64,000 nt of DNA, taken from positions 124,001 through 188,000 of the IMG/VR virus record IMGVR_UViG_3300036770_007495, one strand, 5' to 3'. A program made the translations under genes and the position numbers. The notes under the pieces were generated by a model that ran no database searches, was not told where the DNA came from, and saw nothing but the letters and a program-made list of their open reading frames with translations. This document shows, piece after piece, positions 9,386 to 17,651 of the stretch. Position 1 is the stretch's first letter. Each line of letters opens with the position of its first letter.

Positions 9386-11935
9386 ATGATCGGCTATCGC
9401 AATGCAGTTTATCTGCCTCAAGAAGAATGCGTGAGAGTGTTCACATGGGATGAACATGGCAACAGAACTAAGTTTGATGCACATTACAGTCCGTATGTAA
9501 TGATTGAAGATCCTAACGGCAAAGAAGTTAGCATTTTCAATACCAAGTTGCGCACACGCAAGTTCAAAACTCAATACGATCGCAACAAGTTCATCAAAGA
9601 ATGTGGTACTCGTCGATTGTTTGAAAATCTCAATCCGGTGCAGCAATTCTTGGTTGATGCATATTGGAAGCATAATGCAGAAGCAGACTTTGGTAAATTT
9701 GCTGTGCGTGTCATCACCATTGACATTGAGGTGTATTCACCTTCAGAGTTTCCAACCGCAGAGCATGCTCGTCATCCCATCAACATCATTACGTTTCATG
9801 ACTCTCTTACCAACAGATTCTATTCATGGGGCACTAAAGAATATCATCATAATCGTGATGATTTAACTTATGTGTATTGCAAGACAGAGCGACAGCTGCT
9901 GCTTGACTTTATGGAGTTTTTTGGTACGCTTGAAGTGGATCTTCTCACAGGCTGGAACAGCGCAGGATTCGATATTCCGTACATCATCAATCGCATTGGT
10001 AATGTTCTTGGTGATGAATACTACCAGCAATTGTCTCCTGTGAAGCGTGTTTACAACAGAACACTCAATTCGGGTTTGTTTGGCAAGCAGCAAATTCGCT
10101 GGTACATTGATGGCATCTCTTGCGTAGATTACATTGACATCTACAAGCGCTTTAGTTTTGCCAACAGAGAAAGCTACAAGCTTGACTACATTGCAGAACT
10201 TGAATTGGGCGAGAAGAAGGTGGATTATGGTAATACAAATCTTGCAAGCTTAGCCAATGATGATTGGCAATTGTTTGTAGATTACAACTTGCAAGACGTT
10301 GCGTTGCTTGTGAAGATGGATCAGAAGCTGCAATACATTGAGTTGTTGAGAATGCTTGCATACATGGGTCTTACTACCATGGAAAATGCCATGAGCACCC
10401 TGTCAACCATCTCCGGAACTGCAGCCATCCGAGCCAGACAAAAAGGTCAGTTTTTGCCAACGTTTTTGCGTGGTGAAGATGATGGCAAGAATCCTGGTGC
10501 ATTTGTTGCAGAACCATTGGAAGGATTCCAGACTAGTGTTGTATCATTTGATGCAAACTCTCTGTATCCCAACATCATGATTAGTCTCAACATGTCACCT
10601 GAAACCAAGGTGGGTAAAATCATTGAGAGTGGCGATGAAGGTGTAGTGATTCAACACATCAATGGATCCACTTACAACTTATCACTTGCTAAATTTGCCA
10701 AGTTTGTCAAAGATGAGCAGATTGCCATTTCCAAAGCAAAGGTGTTGTTCAGTCAAAAGAACAAAGGCATCTTGCCTGAAATTGTGGATGAATACTACAA
10801 AGAGCGTGTTGCTGTTCGCAAAGAGATGATGAATCTTAAAAAGAGTGGCAACAAAAGCAAAGATGTACAAGACAAGATCACACAGCTCAATGCCAAGCAA
10901 TTGTGCATCAAGATTTTCATCAATAGCGTATATGGATACATGGGCAACAAAAATGCTCCATTGGGTGATGATGACATTGCTTCATCCATTACTCTGACTG
11001 GTCAGTTTGTAAACAAGTCGTCCAGATCATTGGCACGTGAGTATGTTGCAAGCATTGTAGGCAACAATGACTTTGAAGACATTGCTGTTGCTGGTGATAC
11101 TGACTCTGTCTACTTGTCCATTGCACCTTTGCTGAGACATCACAATGTGCCACTTGCAACTAATGGCAAGGTGACACCCAAGGTGTATGACATCATTGAT
11201 GGTCTCAACAATTACATCAATGAAAAGATCAACGAGAGAATGATCAATGAACTCAATTCAAAAGATCCTCGCATTTTCTTCAAACGAGAATCCATCATTG
11301 ATAAAGCATTGTTCTTGCAGAAAAAGCGGTATGTAGCTCACGTCATTGATGATGAAGGCATTGAGTGTGCCAAGTGGAAGTATGTGGGCGTTGAAGTGGT
11401 ACGAACTGCCATGCCCAAGGCTATCAAGCCCTATGTCAAGAAAATCATTGAGACAATGATTACTTCGCAGAATCGTGCTGATACCAACAAGGTATTGAAT
11501 GAAGCATATGAAGTACTCAAGACTCTCAAGCCAGAAGAAATTGCATATGTCATGGGTGTCAAAGATTATGACAAGTATGCATCTCAATGCAAAGAGTTTA
11601 CAACTGTCAAAGGTATGCCTGTGCATGTTAAATCTGCATATTACTACAACACTCTGCTCAACAAGTTGGAACTGTCGAGCAAATATGAAAAGCTGCAATC
11701 CGGAGACAAATTGAGATGGATGTATCTCAAGACACCCAACAAGTATGGGATGAAGACCATTGCATTCAAGTACTACTATCCAGAAGAATTTCACGCATTG
11801 TTTCAGATTGACTATGAAACAATGTTTGAGAAAATTGTATTCAGTGTTGTGGAGAGATTCTTTGCATGTGTCAAATGGCCTGCGCACAAGCCAAATGAGC
11901 AAATGAGCGCAGATTTATTTGATTTATTTGGTTGA
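9386..11935 (+). CDS. 43: Family B DNA polymerase gp43
   Basis: Exonuclease motifs DIE, GWNS.GFD.PY, YN.QD; polymerase motifs SFDANSLYP, K..INS.YG, GDTDS, KKRY. Confidence 0.97.
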   Translation: MIGYRNAVYLPQEECVRVFTWDEHGNRTKFDAHYSPYVMIEDPNGKEVSIFNTKLRTRKFKTQYDRNKFIKECGTRRLFENLNPVQQFLVDAYWKHNAEADFGKFAVRVITIDIEVYSPSEFPTAEHARHPINIITFHDSLTNRFYSWGTKEYHHNRDDLTYVYCKTERQLLLDFMEFFGTLEVDLLTGWNSAGFDIPYIINRIGNVLGDEYYQQLSPVKRVYNRTLNSGLFGKQQIRWYIDGISCVDYIDIYKRFSFANRESYKLDYIAELELGEKKVDYGNTNLASLANDDWQLFVDYNLQDVALLVKMDQKLQYIELLRMLAYMGLTTMENAMSTLSTISGTAAIRARQKGQFLPTFLRGEDDGKNPGAFVAEPLEGFQTSVVSFDANSLYPNIMISLNMSPETKVGKIIESGDEGVVIQHINGSTYNLSLAKFAKFVKDEQIAISKAKVLFSQKNKGILPEIVDEYYKERVAVRKEMMNLKKSGNKSKDVQDKITQLNAKQLCIKIFINSVYGYMGNKNAPLGDDDIASSITLTGQFVNKSSRSLAREYVASIVGNNDFEDIAVAGDTDSVYLSIAPLLRHHNVPLATNGKVTPKVYDIIDGLNNYINEKINERMINELNSKDPRIFFKRESIIDKALFLQKKRYVAHVIDDEGIECAKWKYVGVEVVRTAMPKAIKPYVKKIIETMITSQNRADTNKVLNEAYEVLKTLKPEEIAYVMGVKDYDKYASQCKEFTTVKGMPVHVKSAYYYNTLLNKLELSSKYEKLQSGDKLRWMYLKTPNKYGMKTIAFKYYYPEEFHALFQIDYETMFEKIVFSVVERFFACVKWPAHKPNEQMSADLFDLFG

Positions 11936-11959
11936 AAAACCAACAACAGAGGGTAAATT
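11932..11959 (+). promoter_or_regulatory. Sigma70-like promoter; -35 box contains the gp43 TGA stop
   Basis: TTGAAA-N16-TAAATT, 5 nt before ATG 11965. Confidence 0.55.
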
Positions 11960-11964
11960 ACTGC

Positions 11965-12315
11965 ATGAGTCAAAATCTTATCGCAATCAAGAGTCAAGGT
12001 GAAACAGTCATTGGTGAGCTCATCGAGCGCACCGAAACCAGTGTAAAGGTCAAGAATCCAGCAAGCTTGTATATTCAGCCAACGCAGAATGGTCAGCTTA
12101 CTGTGCAGTTGTTCCCAGTATTTTTTGGTGAGTTGCTTGATGCTGTAAAGCGCAGCGAAGGCACCGTCTGGACATACAATGTTGCAGGTGCAGGTGTTGG
12201 TGAAGACATTGCTTTTGATGAAAAGCTTGTTGCTCAATACACCAAGATTTTCAATCCTAGCCCCATCATCACCCCAGAAGGATCTGGCAAGGTTGTGAAG
12301 CTTTTCGATGATTGA
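11965..12315 (+). CDS. Small beta-rich hypothetical protein
   Basis: ATG 11965 follows the promoter; GETVIGEL...VKNPA pattern is typical of small SH3/Sm-like T4-type proteins. Confidence 0.7.
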   Translation: MSQNLIAIKSQGETVIGELIERTETSVKVKNPASLYIQPTQNGQLTVQLFPVFFGELLDAVKRSEGTVWTYNVAGAGVGEDIAFDEKLVAQYTKIFNPSPIITPEGSGKVVKLFDD

Positions 12316-12337
12316 GATCATTGAAAAACAATGAATT

Positions 12338-12365
12338 AGAGCCGCAGAAATGCGGCTCTTTTTTT
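12338..12365 (+). terminator. Intrinsic terminator
   Basis: AGAGCCGCA-GAAA-TGCGGCTCT followed by a T run. Confidence 0.9.
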
Positions 12366-12376
12366 GTGGTTTGATC

Positions 12377-12404
12377 TTGATTTTCACTGGTGTCGCCATA
12401 CATA
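12377..12404 (+). promoter_or_regulatory. Sigma70-like promoter of uvsX
   Basis: TTGATT-N16-TACATA, 5 nt before ATG 12410, just after the terminator. Confidence 0.6.
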
Positions 12405-12409
12405 TTAAC

Positions 12410-13522
12410 ATGGACAAAGACATCATTTCAGCACTTGATAGCATCAACGAAATCAACCCCTACGCAACTTATCTCAACAACAATACACTCAGCACAGTCA
12501 AAGAATGGATTGATACTGGTTCTTATGTCTTGAATTCAATCATTTCTGGTTCACGCAATGGAGGTATTCCCAAGGGAAGAGTAACAATGATTGCAGGTGA
12601 ATCCATGACTGGTAAGTCTCTTTTTGTGCAAAAAATTCTTGCAAATGCACAGAAGATGGGTTTATTTCCTGTGATCTTTGACACTGAATCTGCCATTGAT
12701 CCTGAAGGTGCAAGTAGATTGGGATTGGATATTAGCAAAGTAAAGTATGTCCCATGTGTTAGCATTGAACAAACTAGAAATGCAGTATATAAATTTTTAG
12801 AAAGCATCAAAGAAAAAGGACTTGAAGGCAAGTTCATCGTAGCCATTGATTCTCTTGGCAACTTACAATCAGAATTGGAGTTGAAGCGCATGGATAAAGA
12901 AAGCACCAGCGCAGACATGGGCACCAAAGCTCGTGCCATGAAGTCACTTTTGCAAACATGCACCAACCTCGGAGCCATTACTCAAACAACTTTCGTAATA
13001 ACTAATCACGTATATGATGATCCAGCAGCAATGTATCCTAGCATTGAGAAGAATATGCCTGGCGGTAAATCAGTGGTATATCTCCCATCTGTCACTATTC
13101 AATTGGCTCGCAAGCCTCTGAAAGATGATGGAGGCAAAACTGTATCCAACAGCGATCTTGCAGTTGGTCAGAAGAATTATGGTGGCATCATCATCAGAGC
13201 ACTCACTCGCAAAAATCGATTCATCAAGCAGTACTTGGAGGGTGAAATGTACCTTTCATTCTCAACTGGGTTGGATCGCTATTACGGACTGCTTGATCTT
13301 GCTGTAGGCATGGGCGTTGTTGTGCAGAATGGTGCAACATATGCACTTGCTGATGGCACCAAACTTGGTTATGCTAAGAATTGGCGCAATGATGTAAAGT
13401 TGTGGGAAGAAACAATTCTTCCACAGCTTGAAGAAAAAATGAAAATTGAATGGGCATACGGCAACAAAAACAGCGAAGAAATTCCAGAAGAAGGAGGCAT
13501 TGAAGATGAAACCCAAGATTGA
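12410..13522 (+). CDS. uvsX: UvsX RecA-like recombinase
   Basis: IDTGSY.LN, GESMTGKS, FDTE, IDSLGNL, ADMG, TNHVY, PGG; the true start is ATG 12410. Confidence 0.95.
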   Translation: MDKDIISALDSINEINPYATYLNNNTLSTVKEWIDTGSYVLNSIISGSRNGGIPKGRVTMIAGESMTGKSLFVQKILANAQKMGLFPVIFDTESAIDPEGASRLGLDISKVKYVPCVSIEQTRNAVYKFLESIKEKGLEGKFIVAIDSLGNLQSELELKRMDKESTSADMGTKARAMKSLLQTCTNLGAITQTTFVITNHVYDDPAAMYPSIEKNMPGGKSVVYLPSVTIQLARKPLKDDGGKTVSNSDLAVGQKNYGGIIIRALTRKNRFIKQYLEGEMYLSFSTGLDRYYGLLDLAVGMGVVVQNGATYALADGTKLGYAKNWRNDVKLWEETILPQLEEKMKIEWAYGNKNSEEIPEEGGIEDETQD

Positions 13523-13775
13523 AATTCTATATTTTAGTGCAACATGGTGCGGTCCATGCAAGATGTTCAAACCCATTTTTGATCAATTCATCAGTGAGCA
13601 TCCTGAAGTTGAATGCAAATTCATTGATGTTGAACAGAGTGAAGGGTATGAACATTTCAGAGTAATGGCTGTACCCACCATTATTTTTCTTAAGAATGGC
13701 ATTGAGTGTGAAAGACTCTCTGGTTCAAAAAGTAAAAAAGTGCTTGAACAGACATTAGAAGACATTACATTCTAA
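13506..13775 (+). CDS. Thioredoxin
   Basis: FSATWCGPCK active site and cis-Pro loop AVPT. Confidence 0.92.
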   Translation: MKPKIEILYFSATWCGPCKMFKPIFDQFISEHPEVECKFIDVEQSEGYEHFRVMAVPTIIFLKNGIECERLSGSKSKKVLEQTLEDITF

Positions 13776-13776
13776 C

Positions 13777-14511
13777 ATGAAGAAAATTGTTGTACCTCTT
13801 TCTGGTGGCATGGACTCTGCAGTGCTGCTTTACAAGGCAGTTGAAGAAGCAGATGAAGTGCATTGCATCACATTTGATTATAGTCAGAGGCACAACAGAG
13901 AGTTGCAGTGTGCAGGATGGTTGTATGCAGATGCAAAATACAAAAGCAAGAAGCCAGTATTCTTGAAAAATGTAGATGCATCTTTTATTCGCCATCTTGC
14001 ACCAACTTCTTCTCTCACCAATGATTATATTGAAACACCAGACATCAGAAAGATTGCTGGAGAAGCACAGCCCAAGAGCTATGTACCATTTCGCAATCTG
14101 ATGTTTTTGAGCATTGCATTGTCTCATGCTGAGGCAGTTGGTGCAACAGAGGTGTGGCATGGTGCAACATCAGTTGATTCTTTGGCAGGGTATTGGGATG
14201 CTTCTCCTGAGTTTCTCCCACAGTTAAATGCTGTTGCAGCTCTCAATAGAGAGCACAAGATTCAAGTTGTTGCTCCATTGATTGCTTGTGATAAAGCAGA
14301 CATTGTGAAGATGGGTGTACAGTTGCAAGTACCATTTGCCAAGACATACACTTGCTATTCAGGTGAAGAGCTTGCAGATGCAACAACTCCAAGCAGCAGT
14401 CTCAGAATTCAAGGATTCCTCAAAGCAGGATACAAAGATCCCATCAAATACAAACAGCAAGAACAGATTGACAAGCTGTACATTCAGCACAACTGCCAAG
14501 ACATTGCTTAA
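13777..14511 (+). CDS. queC: QueC-family PP-loop ATPase, atypical (Zn-binding cysteines absent)
   Basis: LSGGMDS PP-loop, FDYSQRH..E, YVPFRNL.FLSIA, APL...KA.IV, TYTCY; YPDC is replaced by YWDA and CGxCxxC by ADATTPSS. Confidence 0.85.
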   Translation: MKKIVVPLSGGMDSAVLLYKAVEEADEVHCITFDYSQRHNRELQCAGWLYADAKYKSKKPVFLKNVDASFIRHLAPTSSLTNDYIETPDIRKIAGEAQPKSYVPFRNLMFLSIALSHAEAVGATEVWHGATSVDSLAGYWDASPEFLPQLNAVAALNREHKIQVVAPLIACDKADIVKMGVQLQVPFAKTYTCYSGEELADATTPSSSLRIQGFLKAGYKDPIKYKQQEQIDKLYIQHNCQDIA

Positions 14512-15518
14512 TAATAGCGATAGCGCTCTTCAATGCGCTGCATGTGCTGCTTGCGAGCAATTCTCATTTGTTCAGCAAGAATAGTTTGCTGTTTAGAATT
14601 GAGTTTGACGCTCTCTTCCAAATCCAATTGAATAGGACGTGCTTCACGAGCTTCTGGTTCTGGAGCAGGAGCAGCAGCTGCTGGAGCAGCAACTTGACCA
14701 AGCTTGTATTTTTCTGATCTATCACCACGCTCCAGCTCAATTTCTGTGACGTGAGATGCAAGAAGTTCATTGCTGACAATGTCACCAACCTTCTTAACAG
14801 CCTTGAGTGCAGAACTGTATTGAGGAGTTCTTGGTACATCCTTCAAACGCACATAGGTAAGCTTGTCACCATCCTGACCCATGAATGAAATGGATGCAAA
14901 TGTTCTCTGATCTTCAGAACGAATTGCTCCCTGTGGCTTGATGTCATTGTTGGTGATGCGCTGCATCAATTCTGCAGGCATTTCTTCTAAATCACCTGCT
15001 GGTGCAGCAGCTGCTGGTTCAGCTTCAACATCACCTTCTTCTGGAACTTCATCTTCAATTTCTTGAGCAATGTCTTGAACAGCAGCACGAACTTGACGTT
15101 CTCTTTGATTGGCAACATTGGCGAGATCCATGCCAAATGTTTCTTGAGCATATTCAATCCAACCTTGAATCCATTCATCTACTGAATTGTATCCTTTTTC
15201 TTGCAATTTTTCAGCAGTCAATTCTCGAAGAATTTCTTTGACCTCTTTGGTAGCAATGACGTTTTCAGCAATTTCAAGTGATTCTGCACAATATCTTGCA
15301 AAAGCAAGTTCTGCTTCACGATAAGATGTGCCTGCAACTTTGCGCAATCTACCATATCGACCTGTAGGAACTTCTTCGCCAATCTTGCCTGCAAAGAATT
15401 TTTTTGCTTCTTTGCCAGGGCCCCATCCAGGAATAGTCTTTTCAACATCTCCAATTTTGACCTTTTCATTCAAAATGTTGTGAGATGCCCAGCCTGGTCT
15501 TTTCAAAATATTGCTCAT
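14508..15518 (-). CDS. Late hypothetical protein, candidate internal head protein
   Basis: TAAATA 5 nt upstream; acidic with A/P-rich linkers; N-terminal segment ends ..ILNE. Confidence 0.75.
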   Translation of the reverse strand: MSNILKRPGWASHNILNEKVKIGDVEKTIPGWGPGKEAKKFFAGKIGEEVPTGRYGRLRKVAGTSYREAELAFARYCAESLEIAENVIATKEVKEILRELTAEKLQEKGYNSVDEWIQGWIEYAQETFGMDLANVANQRERQVRAAVQDIAQEIEDEVPEEGDVEAEPAAAAPAGDLEEMPAELMQRITNNDIKPQGAIRSEDQRTFASISFMGQDGDKLTYVRLKDVPRTPQYSSALKAVKKVGDIVSNELLASHVTEIELERGDRSEKYKLGQVAAPAAAAPAPEPEAREARPIQLDLEESVKLNSKQQTILAEQMRIARKQHMQRIEERYRYY

Positions 15519-15549
15519 GTTTTTATTTATTTATCTCACAACATAATTG

Positions 15550-15577
15550 TTGAAAAATGAATGGCTTAATGTATATT
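15550..15577 (+). promoter_or_regulatory. Sigma70-like promoter of the GATase gene
   Basis: TTGAAA-N16-TATATT, 7 nt before ATG 15585. Confidence 0.6.
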
Positions 15578-15584
15578 GTTGAAT

Positions 15585-16286
15585 ATGTGTGCCATTTTTG
15601 GATCATTTGACCGCAGCATGTACGATGTTTTGTTTGAATCAAACAATGCAAGAGGCAATTTTGCTTACAGTCATTGTTTTCTCAACTCAAAAAGTGCTGC
15701 ACCTTTTCACATCAAAAAGTTCAATAAAATTCCAAAAATCAATGATATTACAGATGTGAGTTCAAATGTGTATCATTTTGGTCATTTTCAAGCACCCACC
15801 AGTTCAGTAAGAACATGGAAAGAAGAAACAAGTCACCCATTTGAGCATGGTGATTGGATTGTTGCTCACAATGGCGTTCTCACCAACTTTAAAGAGCTTG
15901 CTGATGAATATGCGCCCATGCTCAACATCAAAGTTGATAGTGCAATCATTCCAATGATGCTTGCAAATCATACATTTGAAATTGATGCCAAGCAAAAAGA
16001 TGCAGCAATGATTGAAAATGCTGTAAAAACTGTTTTGGAAAAACTCAAAGGCACATTTGCATTGTGGATCATCAATCGCAAGCACAAACGAGCTTTTGTT
16101 GCGCGTCAAGGCAGCACTCTTTTTGCAAATGCTAGCACCGGGAGCTTTTGTTCTGTTGAATGCAAAAGTGAAGGGTGGAGTGAACTATCAGAAGGTTACA
16201 TCTACGAAGTGCTCTTCAAAGCAAAGTGCCTTGCTCCATTTGCTAAGTTTAGCATTGACTCTCCATTCTTGTTTATTCAAGAGTAA
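15585..16286 (+). CDS. Stand-alone class II (Ntn) glutamine amidotransferase
   Basis: Starts M-C-A-I-F-G (catalytic Cys1); RG, GHFQAPT, HPF, VAHNG.LTN..EL, VDS, LKGTFA, AR motifs. Confidence 0.88.
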   Translation: MCAIFGSFDRSMYDVLFESNNARGNFAYSHCFLNSKSAAPFHIKKFNKIPKINDITDVSSNVYHFGHFQAPTSSVRTWKEETSHPFEHGDWIVAHNGVLTNFKELADEYAPMLNIKVDSAIIPMMLANHTFEIDAKQKDAAMIENAVKTVLEKLKGTFALWIINRKHKRAFVARQGSTLFANASTGSFCSVECKSEGWSELSEGYIYEVLFKAKCLAPFAKFSIDSPFLFIQE

Positions 16287-16629
16287 GGAGATATCTGAGA
16301 TGATTCATTGCTCCAATCATCTCATCTCTAATGTTGAGCAAATCAGAATGAGATTGAATGTCTTCAACTTCATTGGTGAGCATTGAAATTGCATTGGTGA
16401 GAATCTTTTCAAGGTCAGTGGTTTCATCCAAATTTCTCAAATCCAGGCTCTGTGCAAATGCAACGCGGCCATAAATGCCCTGATAAGTTTCAACAAATGT
16501 ATCCAACAAATCGCCCAAAGAATCATAGAATTTGCCAAAAGCTTTGTGACGAGCATATGATTTGGTTTGCCAATGATAAATTCTAATCTGAAGTTGCAGA
16601 TAAATGAGCTGAGCAATAATTCTTGACAT
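16273..16629 (-). CDS. Ferritin/Dps-like four-helix protein (DUF5856-like)
   Basis: IYHWQTKSYARHKA..FY..L..LLDTFVE.YQG.YGR ... NIRDEM...YLLTL; TAAATA 5 nt before ATG 16629. Confidence 0.8.
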   Translation of the reverse strand: MSRIIAQLIYLQLQIRIYHWQTKSYARHKAFGKFYDSLGDLLDTFVETYQGIYGRVAFAQSLDLRNLDETTDLEKILTNAISMLTNEVEDIQSHSDLLNIRDEMIGAMNHLRYLLTLE

Positions 16630-16639
16630 ACATGTATTT

Positions 16640-16954
16640 ATGAGCGAAATAAGAAAATTTGAAACTGGTGCACACAGAAATGATGATGCTAACAAACCCA
16701 AAATGTCATTGATTCCGCATGCTGAATTGATGCGAGTGCTTGCACGATATCGAGCAGGTGCTGATAAATTTGGAGCACACAATTGGAAAAATGGCATGCA
16801 ATTGTCTGAATTGTATGATAGTGCTCAGCGACATTTGACCAGCTGGTACATGAAAGATCAGAGTGAGGATCATGCTGCAGCTGCAGTTTGGAATATTCTT
16901 TGTGCCATGTGGATGGAACAAAACAAACCTCAAATGGATGACAGAATTTTATGA
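16640..16954 (+). CDS. DUF5664-like (dATP/dGTP diphosphohydrolase N-terminal domain) protein
   Basis: FETGA.R....KP..SLIP, GA.K.G..NW..G, SA.RHL..W, EDH.AA..WN. Confidence 0.8.
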   Translation: MSEIRKFETGAHRNDDANKPKMSLIPHAELMRVLARYRAGADKFGAHNWKNGMQLSELYDSAQRHLTSWYMKDQSEDHAAAAVWNILCAMWMEQNKPQMDDRIL

Positions 16955-17628
16955 AAACAACGTTGTATGTGAGTTGCACACAAAAAAGCAATGAAGAGGA
17001 TACTTTGATTAATCAGAGTGCGTACAATACAGGCTTCTTGGGTGAAGATGATACACTGCACATTGTTACCAACAATCGCAGAGGTCTCAGCAAAGTTTAC
17101 AATGAGTTCATCAATGAAAAAATTGCCAAAGAGCATGACCGCATCGTTTTCGTTCATGATGATGTCTACATTGATGATGTCATGATCAATGTGAAGCTCA
17201 ATGAAGCAATGTATGGTGAATCAAAGTTTGACATTGTGGGTCTTGCTGGAACACGCAACCCACAAATTAAACACCCTGCATTGTGGCACATCATGGGCAA
17301 GCGCGAAGATCATCGCGGATATGCTGGTCACATTTTTGGCAAACACAAAGTCATGACTGGGTTTGGACCCACTCCAGATCGTGTTGCCATCATTGATGGT
17401 TTGTTTGTTGCAGTCAATGTTGCTCGTGCACTTGAAACTGGATGGAGGTGGAATGAAAACTTTGATTTTCATCATTATGACATTGCAAGCTGCATTGATG
17501 CAAATGCCAAAGGCATGCGCATTGGAGTATGGCCCATCAATGTGTTTCATGCATCTCCTGGACTTGCAAGCCTAGAAGATGTTGCATGGAGCAAGAGCAA
17601 TGAAAAATTCTTACAGTTGTATTCCTGA
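16951..17628 (+). CDS. GT-A fold glycosyltransferase
   Basis: GLSKVYN, FVHDDV (DxD-like), GLAG, IDGLF, FHHYD; ATGA overlap with the DUF5664-like gene. Confidence 0.85.
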   Translation: MKTTLYVSCTQKSNEEDTLINQSAYNTGFLGEDDTLHIVTNNRRGLSKVYNEFINEKIAKEHDRIVFVHDDVYIDDVMINVKLNEAMYGESKFDIVGLAGTRNPQIKHPALWHIMGKREDHRGYAGHIFGKHKVMTGFGPTPDRVAIIDGLFVAVNVARALETGWRWNENFDFHHYDIASCIDANAKGMRIGVWPINVFHASPGLASLEDVAWSKSNEKFLQLYS

Positions 17629-17651
17629 TTTTTGACATATCTTACTAACAC

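Noticed and set aside
11085-11110. Polymerase motif C AGDTDS instead of YGDTDS as an adaptation to modified dNTPs
   Set aside because: As I recall, T4 gp43 itself has AGDTDS, so this is not diagnostic
13491-13500. AGGAGG before thioredoxin as evidence of general SD use
   Set aside because: Isolated case inside uvsX codons (EEGG); it may be functional but is not the pattern elsewhere
16640-16954. 2-aminoadenine (Z) genome pathway
   Set aside because: No PurZ homolog in the window; a DUF5664-like gene alone is not sufficient
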